In this document: in pieces, positions 8,177 to 18,186 of the stretch | Numbering within the stretch: the first letter of the stretch is position 1 | Layout: each line of letters starts with the position of its first letter | Assembly: GCA_002419145.1 (NCBI GenBank) | Contig: DIFN01000076.1 | Span: 51,620-115,619, forward strand | Reading direction: 5' to 3' | DNA length: 64,000 nucleotides | Source of the DNA: Mageeibacillus sp. UBA5747 | GTDB taxonomy: Bacteria > Bacillota > Clostridia > Saccharofermentanales > UBA5734 | The notes under the pieces: generated by a model | What the model was told of the DNA's origin: nothing | The model's input: only the letters and a program-made list of their open reading frames with translations | Databases searched by the model: none | Program-made: the position numbers and the translations under genes

Positions 8177-8665
8177 ATGAACAAGCAAGAAGAAATCCTC
8201 AGTCTGTTGGAAAGCAATGCCAAGCTGTCGGCAGCAGAACTGGCCGTAATGGTAGGACGACCCGCCGCAGAAGTTGAACAAACCATCGCCGATCTGGAAG
8301 CAAACAAAACCATCCTGGGCTATAACGCTGTCGTCAACTGGGAGAAAACCACCTCAGCCCCCGTTACGGCGTTGATCGAGGTCCGGGTCACGCCGCAGCG
8401 TGGCCAAGGTTTTGACCACATCGCCCAGCGCATTTACCGCCACGACCAGGTCAAGTCCTGCTACCTGATGTCGGGCGGTTTTGATCTGATGGTGATCATC
8501 GAAGACAAGAGTCTCAAGGATGTGGCCATGTTTGTCTCCGAAAAAATTGCCCCACTCGATTCAGTCCTTTCCACCCAGACTCATTTCATCCTGAAAAAAT
8601 ACAAGATGAACGGCACAGAATTCCAAAACAAGGATGAGGACAACCGAGAGGCGGTTGTCTTATGA
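8177..8665 (+). CDS. Lrp/AsnC family transcriptional regulator (AlaR-like)
   Basis: Start at MNKQEEIL with a GGAGG RBS 6 nt upstream. N-terminal HTH plus a C-terminal RAM/AsnC_trans_reg pattern. Paired with an aminotransferase, as in B. subtilis alaR-alaT. Confidence 0.85.
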   Translation: MNKQEEILSLLESNAKLSAAELAVMVGRPAAEVEQTIADLEANKTILGYNAVVNWEKTTSAPVTALIEVRVTPQRGQGFDHIAQRIYRHDQVKSCYLMSGGFDLMVIIEDKSLKDVAMFVSEKIAPLDSVLSTQTHFILKKYKMNGTEFQNKDEDNREAVVL

Positions 8666-9840
8666 AGGTAGACTCCATGATATCTGACAAGGTCAAGGCC
8701 ATTCCGCCATCAGCCATCCGGCGGTTTTTTGACTTGGCCAATGAAATGAAAGGGCAAGTGATCTCCCTCTCCATCGGTGAACCCGATTTTGTCACGCCCT
8801 GGGCGATCCGCGAGGCAGGGATCTATTCCCTGGAAACTGGCAATACCCATTATTCGCCGAACCAGGGTTTCATCGAGCTGCGCGAGGCCATCAGCCATTA
8901 CATGAAGCGCCGTTTCCACCTCCCGTACGCGCCCAAGTCCCAGATCGTGGTCACCGTAGGCGGCAGCGAAGCCATCGACATCGCTGTGCGCGCGGTCATC
9001 AACCCAGGTGATGAGGTCATTATCCCCGAGCCCTGTTTTGTGGCCTATAAAAATTGTGTGCTCATGGCCGGGGGTGTACCGGTGACCATTCCGCTCCGTG
9101 CTGAGGACAATTTCGTCCTCAAGCCAGACCAGCTCCTGGCAGCGCTTTCGCCTAAGACGAAAATGATCATGCTGGGTTACCCCAACAACCCCACCGGTGC
9201 TGTGATGAGTCGGGAGCAGCTGCAGGACATCGTAGCCGTGATCCGCGATTTGCCAGTCCTGGTTTTGTCCGATGAGCTTTACGCCGAGCTGACCTACGAA
9301 CCAGCCAGCCATTGCTCGATTGCCGAGCTGGATGGCATGGCCGAACGGACGATCCTGATCGGCGGTTTCTCCAAGGCGTTTGCCATGACCGGCTGGCGCA
9401 TTGGCTTTGCCTGTGGACCGGAGCCCATCTTGGCTGCGATGAACAAAATCCACCAGTACGTCATCATGAGCTCGCCGACGACTGCCCAGGATGCGGCCAT
9501 CGAAGCACTGCGCCACAGCCATGATCACATCTCGCCGATGCGAGAGGAATACAATCGCCGCCGCCGCCTGGTCGTCCAGGCCTGCCGTGACATGGGCCTG
9601 GGCTGTTTCGAACCGCTGGGGGCCTTTTATGTCTTCCCCGATATCAGCTGCACCGGCCTTTCATCCAACGAATTTTGCGAGCGCTTCCTCCAGGAAGAGA
9701 AGGTTGCCATCGTTCCCGGCAATGCCTTTGGTGAATGCGGTGAAGGATTTGTCCGGATCAGTTATGCCTCATCCCTGGAAAACATCCGCGAAGCCATGGT
9801 GCGCCTGAAACGATTCGTAGAAAGGAATTCCCCGAAATGA
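8662..9840 (+). CDS. Class I/II pyridoxal-phosphate-dependent aminotransferase (AlaT/AspC-like)
   Basis: 392 aa with the motifs PPSAIRRF, GEPDF, NPTG and SFSKAFAMTGWRIG (PLP lysine). ATGA overlap with the regulator gene. Confidence 0.85.
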   Translation: MKVDSMISDKVKAIPPSAIRRFFDLANEMKGQVISLSIGEPDFVTPWAIREAGIYSLETGNTHYSPNQGFIELREAISHYMKRRFHLPYAPKSQIVVTVGGSEAIDIAVRAVINPGDEVIIPEPCFVAYKNCVLMAGGVPVTIPLRAEDNFVLKPDQLLAALSPKTKMIMLGYPNNPTGAVMSREQLQDIVAVIRDLPVLVLSDELYAELTYEPASHCSIAELDGMAERTILIGGFSKAFAMTGWRIGFACGPEPILAAMNKIHQYVIMSSPTTAQDAAIEALRHSHDHISPMREEYNRRRRLVVQACRDMGLGCFEPLGAFYVFPDISCTGLSSNEFCERFLQEEKVAIVPGNAFGECGEGFVRISYASSLENIREAMVRLKRFVERNSPK

Positions 9841-10946
9841 TTGAATACGACCAGTACCGTCAAGAACTGGGCCAGTATGTGGAAAAGCTGGACCAGTTGC
9901 GGCTGGCCTTGCACATTGACCATGTCCGTGATGAAATTGCCGAGCTGGAGGCCCGGGCTCAGGAGCCAGGCTTTTGGGACGATGTCGAAAGAGCCCAGAA
10001 GATTCAGACCAAGGTCAAGCATCTGCAAAAGAAAGTGGACCGTTTCCAGGCCCTGGTGCGGGAGTATGAAGACCTGGAAGTGCTGCGCGAGCTTGGTGAA
10101 GAAGCCGAAGACAAGGAAATCGCTCAGGAGATTGCTGAAAATCTTAAAAAATTGCAGCATGACTATGAGCAGATGCGACTTGAGACCCTATTCACCGGCG
10201 AATACGATGCCAGCAATGCCATTGTCACTTTGCATGCTGGTGCGGGCGGGACAGAAGCCCAGGACTGGACTGAAATGCTGTACCGCATGTACACCCGCTG
10301 GGCCGAAGCGCACGATTTTGAAATCAAGCTGCTCGACATCCTTGATGGGGATGAGGCGGGTCTGAAAAGTGTCTCCTTCATGCTGATCGGGGACAATGCC
10401 TACGGGTACATGAAGTCCGAGATGGGTGTCCATCGCCTGGTCCGGATTTCCCCTTTTGATTCGTCTGGACGCCGACACACGTCTTTTGCCTCGGTCGAAG
10501 TCATGCCGGAACTGGATGACTCGATTAAGATCGACATCCGGTCCGACGATCTCAAGGTCGACACCTACCGCTCATCCGGCGCCGGTGGCCAGCACGTCAA
10601 TAAAACCGAGTCTGCGATCCGCATCACCCATGTCCCGACCGGCGTGGTTGTTTCCTGCCAGACCGAACGCTCTCAGGTCCAGAACCGGGAAACAGCCATG
10701 GGTATGCTGAAAGCAAAATTGTTTGCCATGGCCCGAGCGGCCCACATGGACAAGATTGAAGACCTGAAGGGTAATCAGATGGCCATCGCCTGGGGCAGTC
10801 AGATCCGTTCGTATGTTTTCTGCCCCTATACCATGGTCAAGGACTTGCGCACCGGCTATGAAGTTGTGGACGTGGACAGTGTCATGGATGGCAATCTGGA
10901 CGGATTCATCAACGCCTATCTGTCCGGTCAGAAGGCAAGCAAATGA
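9837..10946 (+). CDS. prfB: Peptide chain release factor 2
   Basis: 369 aa with the SPF tripeptide (RISPFDS), GGQHVNKTESA (GGQ) and an RF2-type N-terminus. Single uninterrupted frame. ATGA overlaps on both sides. Confidence 0.9.
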   Translation: MIEYDQYRQELGQYVEKLDQLRLALHIDHVRDEIAELEARAQEPGFWDDVERAQKIQTKVKHLQKKVDRFQALVREYEDLEVLRELGEEAEDKEIAQEIAENLKKLQHDYEQMRLETLFTGEYDASNAIVTLHAGAGGTEAQDWTEMLYRMYTRWAEAHDFEIKLLDILDGDEAGLKSVSFMLIGDNAYGYMKSEMGVHRLVRISPFDSSGRRHTSFASVEVMPELDDSIKIDIRSDDLKVDTYRSSGAGGQHVNKTESAIRITHVPTGVVVSCQTERSQVQNRETAMGMLKAKLFAMARAAHMDKIEDLKGNQMAIAWGSQIRSYVFCPYTMVKDLRTGYEVVDVDSVMDGNLDGFINAYLSGQKASK

Positions 10947-11800
10947 GTGACCGTGCCCTGAGAAGCCCGGAAGAGTTGCTGGCAGACCTGGCGGATGTTA
11001 TTTTGCCCCTGGGGAAAATCGCCGTTGCCAGCTCAGGTGGGGTGGACAGCACGGTTCTGGTTGTAGCTGCCGCACACATCCTGGGTCCGGATAACGTCCT
11101 GGCCGTGACTGCACTGGCCCCAATGGTCCCAGGCGATGACCAGGAGGATGCGAGTCGTGTCGCCGGCCTGGCTCAAGTCAGACATTTGACGGCTCGCCTG
11201 CCGGAGTCCATACTCGACCTGCCACCCTTTGCAAAAAATCCACCAGATCGCTGTTATCACTGCAAGAAGATCCTGTTCGATGCCTTGCTGGCCTTAGCGC
11301 ATGGAGCTGGGTTCAACGTTTTGTGCGATGGAACCAATCGAGACGACCTCAAAGACTACAGACCTGGCCTCCGGGCTTTGGAAGAATTAAAGGTGATGAG
11401 CCCTCTGGCTGGAGCCGGCTTTTCCAAAGCTGAAGTGCGCGCGCTGGCAGCCCAGATTTGTCCGGATTTTGCCGCAAAACCTGCTATGGCGTGCCTGGCG
11501 ACCCGCATTCCAACCCATACGCCTGTTACTCTGGCTGCTCTGAAACGGATAGACACAGCCGAAACCTTGCTGCGCCAAAAAGGTTTGGGGCAGGTTCGTG
11601 TGCGCGACCATGCGGGTCTGGCCCGGGTCGAGCTCGAGCCAGCTTTTTTAGAAAAAGGGCTTGCTCCGGACTGGATTGTGCTGGTGCGTGACTGCCTTTT
11701 GGAGGCAGGATTTGCATTTGCCACCCTGGACCTCCAGGGTTATCGCACCGGCAGCATGAATCCTGCGGCGAACCTGACCAGACAGGAAGGATTCTCATGA
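10943..11800 (+). CDS. larE: LarE-type ATP-dependent sulfur transferase (nickel-pincer cofactor biosynthesis)
   Basis: 285 aa with a PP-loop (SSGGVDST), a CYHCKK motif and MACLATRIP. Followed by larB and larC. Confidence 0.85.
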   Translation: MSDRALRSPEELLADLADVILPLGKIAVASSGGVDSTVLVVAAAHILGPDNVLAVTALAPMVPGDDQEDASRVAGLAQVRHLTARLPESILDLPPFAKNPPDRCYHCKKILFDALLALAHGAGFNVLCDGTNRDDLKDYRPGLRALEELKVMSPLAGAGFSKAEVRALAAQICPDFAAKPAMACLATRIPTHTPVTLAALKRIDTAETLLRQKGLGQVRVRDHAGLARVELEPAFLEKGLAPDWIVLVRDCLLEAGFAFATLDLQGYRTGSMNPAANLTRQEGFS

Positions 11801-12513
11801 CAGAGCAATTTGAAGATTTGGGCTTTGCCAAAGTCGACCATGCTCGCAAATCCAGAAATGGGTTTGCCGAGGTGGTTTTTTGTGAAGGCAAGACCCCTGA
11901 GCAAGCCGCACAGATTGCAATCAGCATCCTGGACCATGGTGACAATCTCCTGGCCACACGGGCCGACTTGGAGCATTTTGAAGCCATCCAGGCGATTGCG
12001 CCGGATGCCGCTTATTCAGCCCGGGCCCGGGTGATCACTGTCCGCCGGTATCCGGTTGGTTATATGGGAGACGTTGCGGTGGTTTCGGCTGGGACAGCAG
12101 ACCAGCCGGTCGCAGAAGAAGCTGCATTGACCGCTGAAGCTCTGGGCTGTCAGGTCACGCGCTATTCAGATGTTGGAGTGGCCGGTCTGCATCGTCTTCT
12201 GGCTGTCATCGATGACATCCGAAAAGCCGATGTGATCATTGCTGTCGCTGGTATGGAAGGTGCTCTGGTCAGTGTGCTGGGCGGCCTGGTGGACAAGCCT
12301 GTCCTGGCGGTTCCGTCGGGCATCGGTTATGGTGCCAATTTGGGCGGCGTAACGACCTTGCTGGCCATGGTCAATTCCTGTGCCAGCGGAGTGGCGGTCC
12401 ACAATATCGGCAATGGCTTTGGTGCCGGATTCATGGCTGCGACCATTTGCCGTCAGATCGATCAGCGCGTCCGTGCCGCACTGGCTCGCAAAGACCTTGA
12501 AAGGCACCCATAA
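11797..12513 (+). CDS. larB: LarB, pyridinium-3,5-biscarboxylic acid mononucleotide synthase (PurE-like carboxylase/hydrolase)
   Basis: 238 aa. The N-terminal GFAKVDHARKSRNGFAEVVFCEGK and the AIR-carboxylase-like C-terminal half are typical LarB patterns. Confidence 0.85.
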   Translation: MTEQFEDLGFAKVDHARKSRNGFAEVVFCEGKTPEQAAQIAISILDHGDNLLATRADLEHFEAIQAIAPDAAYSARARVITVRRYPVGYMGDVAVVSAGTADQPVAEEAALTAEALGCQVTRYSDVGVAGLHRLLAVIDDIRKADVIIAVAGMEGALVSVLGGLVDKPVLAVPSGIGYGANLGGVTTLLAMVNSCASGVAVHNIGNGFGAGFMAATICRQIDQRVRAALARKDLERHP

Positions 12514-12515
12514 AC

Positions 12516-13814
12516 ATGAACATGAAACAGAAAATTCTCTACCTTGACTGTTTTTCTGGTATCAGCGGCGACATGTTCCTGGGATCCCTGATTGACATTG
12601 GAGTCCCACTGTCTGTCATTGAACAGGGACTGATGCCTCTTGGCCTGGCAGGCGAATACCACCTCCATGCTGAAAAGACCAGCAAAAGCGGCATTCAGGG
12701 CACCTCTTTTTCGGTCCACTTGACCGGCCATCACCACCACGATCACCACCACGGCGATGACCACCATCACGGCCGGACCTACGCGGACATCCGGCATTTG
12801 ATTGAAACCGCGCCGTTGCCGGACCCTGTTCGCCAGATGGCCCTCGCTGTCTTCCTTGAAATCGGGCAGGCCGAAGCGGCCGTGCATGGGGTGGCTCTGG
12901 ACCACGTCCATTTCCACGAAGTGGGGGCCATCGATTCCATCGTCGATATCGTAGGCACTGTCCTTGCGCTTGATTATCTTAAGATCGACCGGATCCAGTC
13001 ATCCTCACTCCAGGATGGTTCCGGAAGCATCCTGTGCCAGCATGGCTCCATGCCGGTTCCCGTTCCAGCTGTGATGAAGATGCTGGAAAACACTGACATT
13101 CCCTATGTGACGGGCACCAGTGACACCGAACTGGTCACACCGACCGGTTTTTCCCTGGTCAAGACGCTGGCGTCTTCTTTTGGCTCCATGCCTCAGATGA
13201 AGCGTCTGGCGATTGGCTATGGGTTTGGCCAGCGGGATATCGGTCGTCTCAATGCCCTGCGCATCATCCTGGGAGAAACGACCGAGTCTGCCTCGTCGAT
13301 GACAACGGATCCGGCCGAACAGGCGAGTCTGGTCCAGGCACCCGTTCGGTCCCTGCCAGGATTTGATCCCTCGGAAATGGACCGGGTGGTCCTTTTGTCC
13401 TGTCATATTGACAACTCTACAGCTGAACAACTGGGGTATCTGAGCGAACTTATGTACCAGAAAGGTGCGCTTGATGTTGCTTTGAGTCCTCTCCAGATGA
13501 AAAAGAATCGACCTGGACACCTTTTGACGGTCCTTGTGTCAGAAAACTTTGAAAAAGACGCGGTCCGACTCCTGTTCACCCATACTGGAACCATCGGCAT
13601 CCGGCGTGAATGGATCGATCGCCATGTCATGACTCGCAGCATCAGATCCATTCAAGTTCTAGGACAAGCCATCCGGATCAAGACTGTGCAGTGGCAAGAC
13701 GTCACACACGCTTACCCGGAATACGAAGACATCGCCGATCTGGCCCGGCGCAACCAGCTCAGTCTCGAAGCAGCCAGAGAGCGGATCAAAGAGGCCATGA
13801 GCCGGCTGGTTTGA
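12516..13814 (+). CDS. larC: LarC nickel insertion protein (cyclometallase)
   Basis: 432 aa with N-terminal LYLDCFSGISGDMFLGSLIDIGVP and a His-rich tract (HHHHDHHHGDDHHH). Single ORF with no internal frameshift. Confidence 0.85.
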   Translation: MNMKQKILYLDCFSGISGDMFLGSLIDIGVPLSVIEQGLMPLGLAGEYHLHAEKTSKSGIQGTSFSVHLTGHHHHDHHHGDDHHHGRTYADIRHLIETAPLPDPVRQMALAVFLEIGQAEAAVHGVALDHVHFHEVGAIDSIVDIVGTVLALDYLKIDRIQSSSLQDGSGSILCQHGSMPVPVPAVMKMLENTDIPYVTGTSDTELVTPTGFSLVKTLASSFGSMPQMKRLAIGYGFGQRDIGRLNALRIILGETTESASSMTTDPAEQASLVQAPVRSLPGFDPSEMDRVVLLSCHIDNSTAEQLGYLSELMYQKGALDVALSPLQMKKNRPGHLLTVLVSENFEKDAVRLLFTHTGTIGIRREWIDRHVMTRSIRSIQVLGQAIRIKTVQWQDVTHAYPEYEDIADLARRNQLSLEAARERIKEAMSRLV

Positions 13815-13909
13815 CGAACCAAGTCCTCACTTGTTAAACTTGAATGCATTTGCAGGATGATTCCTGAATCAATCTGACAGGATTGAACATCAAAAGCGGA
13901 GGAAACACA

Positions 13910-14410
13910 ATGTCCAGGAACGTGCTCGTCGTCATGGGATCTGATTCGGACTTTCCTGTCATGGAAGCCTGTTTCAAAACCTTGCGCGAATTCGGTGTCT
14001 CTTTTGAAGCGACCGTTTGCTCAGCCCACCGGACTCCGGACCGGGCCGCAGAGCTTGCCAAATCCGCTGCTGCAAATGGATTTGGAGTCATCATTGCTGC
14101 TGCAGGCCTGGCGGCTCATCTGCCAGGTGTCCTGGCAGCCATGACCACACTGCCTGTGATTGGCGTCCCGATCCACGGTGGCGCTTTAAATGGCCTCGAT
14201 GCTCTGTACGCCATTGTCCAGATGCCCAGTGGCATCCCAGTGGCAACGGTTGCCATCGATGGGGCAGCCAACGCAGCCATTCTGGCCGTCCAGATGCTCA
14301 GCCTCGGTGAGCCCGCTCTGATGGAGAAATTAGCAGATCACAAAGTTCGCCTGGCACGTGCTGTGGTTCAGCGTGACCAGCGCCTCCAGGAGAAGCTTGC
14401 AAGCCTGTGA
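13910..14410 (+). CDS. purE: 5-(carboxyamino)imidazole ribonucleotide mutase (class I PurE)
   Basis: Start at [14 protein letters not shown] with a GGAGG RBS. The SAHRTPD motif marks a class I PurE. Confidence 0.9.
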   Translation: MSRNVLVVMGSDSDFPVMEACFKTLREFGVSFEATVCSAHRTPDRAAELAKSAAANGFGVIIAAAGLAAHLPGVLAAMTTLPVIGVPIHGGALNGLDALYAIVQMPSGIPVATVAIDGAANAAILAVQMLSLGEPALMEKLADHKVRLARAVVQRDQRLQEKLASL

Positions 14411-14429
14411 CACCGGTGGGAGAACACGC

Positions 14430-15863
14430 ATGATGCATGATGAATGTGGCGTATTTGCCGTCTATGACCCTGCTGGCGCGATCGAGACAGCCGCCCGGCT
14501 GACTTTTCTGGGCTTATTTGGCCTCCAGCACCGCGGGGAAGAAAGCTCTGGCATTGCTGTCAACCAGTCCGGAACCCTGATTTGCCAGCGCCGGCGCGGC
14601 CTGGTGACCGAAGGGTTCGACGAGATGGCTATTTCGGTCTTGAAAGGGCATGCCAGCATCGGCCATGTCCGGTATCCATCACCCTTGGACCAGAGCCTCG
14701 AAGCCGCCCAGCCCATGCTGATCAAGTCGCGCCGAGGCCAGATAGCCCTGGCTTTCAACGGTGCGTTAACCAATGCTGCCCAGCTGCGCAGTCAGCTTCA
14801 GGAGCAAGGAGCAATCTTCCAGTCCCGGGCTGATTCTGAAATCATCCTGGCATTACTGGCCCGCCACCAGGTACTCGAAGACAACCTGGAGCAGTCACTT
14901 CTGGCCATGCAGTCTGAGCTGGAAGGCGCCTATGCCCTGGTCCTGATAACTCAAGACCGCGTGGTCGGGGTCAGGGATCCGCACGGGATCCGGCCTTTGT
15001 GTCTGGGTGAACAAAATGGCATCTACATGCTTGCATCCGAGAGTTGTGCGATCGACTCGGCCGGAGGGCACTTCCAACGGGATCTCAGGCCTGGTGAGAT
15101 CATCAGCCTGACGACAACGGGCGTTAAATCCAGATTGCCAGCCCAACCCTTGCCCCGCCATTCCTGTTTGTTCGAATATGTCTATTTTGCCCGGCCTGAC
15201 AGCATCCTGGACGGGACCAATGTCTTTGCTGCTCGCACGGCTGCAGGCCGTCAGCTGGCTCTGGAACACCCTTGCCCCGCCGATCTTGTGATCGGCGCTC
15301 CAGATTCTGGCCTGGCTGCCTCCATCGGCTATGCCGAGGCCTTGGGCGTCCCGCACGGCAGCGGCCTTCTGAAAAATCGCTATGTCGGCCGTACGTTCTT
15401 GCACGCCGACCAGCTGCGGCGGGAAGTGCTCATTGACTTGAAATTCACAGCCCTGACCGAAGCGGTCAAAGGCAAATCCATCGTGCTGGTGGATGACTCG
15501 ATTGTCCGCGGAACCACGACACGCCGGGTGATCCGCCTGTTGCGCGAAGCCGGGGCCAAGTCTGTCCACATGCGCGTCGCGTCGCCGCCGCTGCAGTATC
15601 CGTGCCTGTACGGAGTGGAAACACCCGGCCAGCATGACCTTTCGGCCTGCGAGCTGACACTGGGCGAGCTGACGGAGCACATCGCTGCAGACAGCCTGCA
15701 ATATTTATCCCTTGCGGGCTTGCAAGCGGCCTGCGGTGACCCGGATTCCAGCTGTTCCGCCTGCTTTTGCGGCCGCTATCCGGTTGCGCCCTCAGCAGCC
15801 ATTGCTGCCAGCATCCGCCACATTGATCCCAGCTGGTTTTTTGGCCATCAGGACGAAAGGTAA
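14430..15863 (+). CDS. purF: Amidophosphoribosyltransferase
   Basis: Start at MMHDECGVFAV, a propeptide ahead of the catalytic Cys. Ntn-amidotransferase and PRTase (VLVDDSIVRGTT) motifs, plus C-terminal Cys residues for the Fe-S cluster. Confidence 0.9.
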   Translation: MMHDECGVFAVYDPAGAIETAARLTFLGLFGLQHRGEESSGIAVNQSGTLICQRRRGLVTEGFDEMAISVLKGHASIGHVRYPSPLDQSLEAAQPMLIKSRRGQIALAFNGALTNAAQLRSQLQEQGAIFQSRADSEIILALLARHQVLEDNLEQSLLAMQSELEGAYALVLITQDRVVGVRDPHGIRPLCLGEQNGIYMLASESCAIDSAGGHFQRDLRPGEIISLTTTGVKSRLPAQPLPRHSCLFEYVYFARPDSILDGTNVFAARTAAGRQLALEHPCPADLVIGAPDSGLAASIGYAEALGVPHGSGLLKNRYVGRTFLHADQLRREVLIDLKFTALTEAVKGKSIVLVDDSIVRGTTTRRVIRLLREAGAKSVHMRVASPPLQYPCLYGVETPGQHDLSACELTLGELTEHIAADSLQYLSLAGLQAACGDPDSSCSACFCGRYPVAPSAAIAASIRHIDPSWFFGHQDER

Positions 15864-15871
15864 GCACAAAG

Positions 15872-16507
15872 ATGTTCAACCTGGCCGTTTTCGTTTCTGG
15901 TGGAGGAACAAATCTGCAGGCTATCCTGGACCAGATTGAATCTGGCCTTTTACCGGGTGTCTCCATTGCCTGCGTCCTGGCTTCCAAACCAGATACCTAT
16001 GCTCAGATCCGGGCGGAAAAAGCCGGAATTCCGTGCTTTGTCATTGCCCGTAAATCATTCCCGGATCTTGCCACCTATGATCAGGCCATCCTTGCTGCTT
16101 TGCAGCCTTATGCCGTGGACCTGGTCGTCTTGGCAGGCTTCCTGAGTCTTCTGGGGCCGGGCGTGGTGTCTTGCTACCGAAACCGGATCATCAACATCCA
16201 TCCAGCTCTGATCCCAGCTTTCTGTGGCCCCGGGCTGTATGGCATCAAGCCGCACCAGGCTGCTCTGGCATATGGTGTCAAAGTATCTGGTGCCACTGTC
16301 CACTTTGTGGATGAACATTACGACGCAGGTCCCATCCTGCTGCAAAAGGCAGTTGACATCCTGGAGGGAGATACACCAGAGAGTTTGCAGCAGCGGATCA
16401 TGATCGAAGCGGAACAAATCATCTTGCCCCAGGCCATCGCGTTGATAGCAGCAGGCCGGGTCCGGATCGAAGGCCGCCACGTCCATATCAGCCCCAGCCA
16501 ACCTTGA
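15872..16507 (+). CDS. purN: Phosphoribosylglycinamide formyltransferase
   Basis: 211 aa with the motifs [22 protein letters not shown] and [12 protein letters not shown]. Confidence 0.9.
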   Translation: MFNLAVFVSGGGTNLQAILDQIESGLLPGVSIACVLASKPDTYAQIRAEKAGIPCFVIARKSFPDLATYDQAILAALQPYAVDLVVLAGFLSLLGPGVVSCYRNRIINIHPALIPAFCGPGLYGIKPHQAALAYGVKVSGATVHFVDEHYDAGPILLQKAVDILEGDTPESLQQRIMIEAEQIILPQAIALIAAGRVRIEGRHVHISPSQP

Positions 16508-16551
16508 ACCCATCACTCACCCTTGATTTCATGCATTTGGAGGTTACTAAA

Positions 16552-18123
16552 ATGATGAAACGTGCTCTGCTCAGTGTCTCAGACAAGACCGGCCTGATTG
16601 AACTGGCCACCCAACTGCACCAGCTTGGCATCGAGCTGCTCTCAACCGGTGGAACGGCCACTGCGCTGGTCCGGGCTGGAATCCCGGTCACCAACGTTTC
16701 GGATGTGACTGGTTTTCCGGAGTGCCTTGACGGCCGGGTCAAGACACTGCATCCGAAAATCCATGGTGGGATCCTGGCTATCCGGGACAACCCGGAACAC
16801 ATGGCAACCCTTACCCGCCTGGGTATCGAGCCGATTGACCTGATCATCATCAATCTCTATCCGTTCAAGCAGACCGTGATGAAGCCCGGTGCCACTGCGG
16901 AGGAATGCATTGAAAACATCGATATCGGTGGTCCGAGCATGCTGCGTGCAGCCGCCAAGAACCACCATGACGTCACTGTCCTGGTCGATCCGGCCGATTA
17001 TGCCAAAGTTCTGGCAGAGATCGCAGCCACGGGCAATACAACCCTCGATACGCGTTTTGGCCTGGCCCGCAAAGTATTCGAACACACGGCGGCCTACGAC
17101 GCTTTGATCGCCCAGTACTTCCAAAGCCAGACCAGCCAGAGCAGCTCCGATGGGCAGGAGATCCCTGCTAAATGGCCAGAGCAGCTGACTTTAACCTATG
17201 AACGGGTGAGCAGCCTGCGCTACGGAGAAAACCCCCACCAGAGCGCTTCGTTTTACCGTGAAGCCCTGCCCAAGTCCGGTTCCCTGACCGAAGCCGAACA
17301 GTTGGGCGGCAAAGAATTGTCCTACAACAACCTAGCTGACACCGATGCGGCCATTGCCCTGCTCAAGGAGTTTTCCGAGCCCACGGTCGTCGCCGTCAAG
17401 CATGCCAACCCCTGTGGCGTCGGCAGTGCGGATACGCTGCTTTCAGCATGGGCGAAGGCATACGAAGCAGACACCGTCTCGATCTTTGGTGGCATCGTTG
17501 CCCTGAACCGACCTGTCACGGCAGAGGTGGCCGACCAGATGAAAGAGATCTTCCTCGAGGTCATCATCGCACCGGACTACGATGCCGCTGCCCTGGAGAT
17601 TCTCCAGAAAAAGAAAAACCTGCGGCTGTTGAAGTTGCCCGCTGTGGCTGAACCGATCTCGGCTGGTGAGCAAATGATCAAAGCGGTTTACGGAGGTATC
17701 CTGGTTCAGGACCAGGATACCCAAGTTTTACCCGCCACGGGGTATACCGTTGTGACCGAAGCTCAGCCCTCAGATGCAGACAAGGATGATTTGCTTTTTG
17801 CCATGAAAGTGGTCAAACACGTCAAATCCAATGCGATTGTCCTGGTCAAGGATCGGCAGACCGTTGGTATTGGCCCTGGCCAGCCCAACCGGATCACATC
17901 AGCCGGGATTGCGATTGCCAATGCCAAAGACAAGGCCCGAGGATCGGTTCTGGGCTCGGACGCATTCTTCCCCTTTGCCGATACCGTCCAGGCTGCCGCT
18001 GCCGCTGGTATTGCAGCCATCATCCAGCCGGGCGGATCGCTGCGTGACCAGGAATCGATCGATGCGTGCAATGCGGCTCACATACCGATGGCTTTCACCG
18101 GTATGCGCCATTTCCGCCATTGA
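16552..18123 (+). CDS. purH: Bifunctional AICAR transformylase / IMP cyclohydrolase
   Basis: Start at [14 protein letters not shown] with a GGAGG RBS. MGS-like and AICARFT domains recognised throughout. Confidence 0.92.
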   Translation: MMKRALLSVSDKTGLIELATQLHQLGIELLSTGGTATALVRAGIPVTNVSDVTGFPECLDGRVKTLHPKIHGGILAIRDNPEHMATLTRLGIEPIDLIIINLYPFKQTVMKPGATAEECIENIDIGGPSMLRAAAKNHHDVTVLVDPADYAKVLAEIAATGNTTLDTRFGLARKVFEHTAAYDALIAQYFQSQTSQSSSDGQEIPAKWPEQLTLTYERVSSLRYGENPHQSASFYREALPKSGSLTEAEQLGGKELSYNNLADTDAAIALLKEFSEPTVVAVKHANPCGVGSADTLLSAWAKAYEADTVSIFGGIVALNRPVTAEVADQMKEIFLEVIIAPDYDAAALEILQKKKNLRLLKLPAVAEPISAGEQMIKAVYGGILVQDQDTQVLPATGYTVVTEAQPSDADKDDLLFAMKVVKHVKSNAIVLVKDRQTVGIGPGQPNRITSAGIAIANAKDKARGSVLGSDAFFPFADTVQAAAAAGIAAIIQPGGSLRDQESIDACNAAHIPMAFTGMRHFRH

Positions 18124-18186
18124 GTCTGGTCCAGGTAGACCAGAGCCACAATTTTGCAACACAAGCCGAGGAGCACCCTTCTTGCT

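Noticed and set aside
12728-12770. CAC/CAT-rich repetitive tract
   Set aside because: It lies in frame within larC and encodes the His-rich nickel-binding segment (HHHHDHHHGDDHHH). It is a native protein feature, not a repeat element or slippage artefact.
13815-13909. Looked for a purine/guanine riboswitch or PurR box upstream of purE
   Set aside because: The spacer is only 95 nt. It lacks the conserved aptamer junction sequences and any terminator or antiterminator pair.
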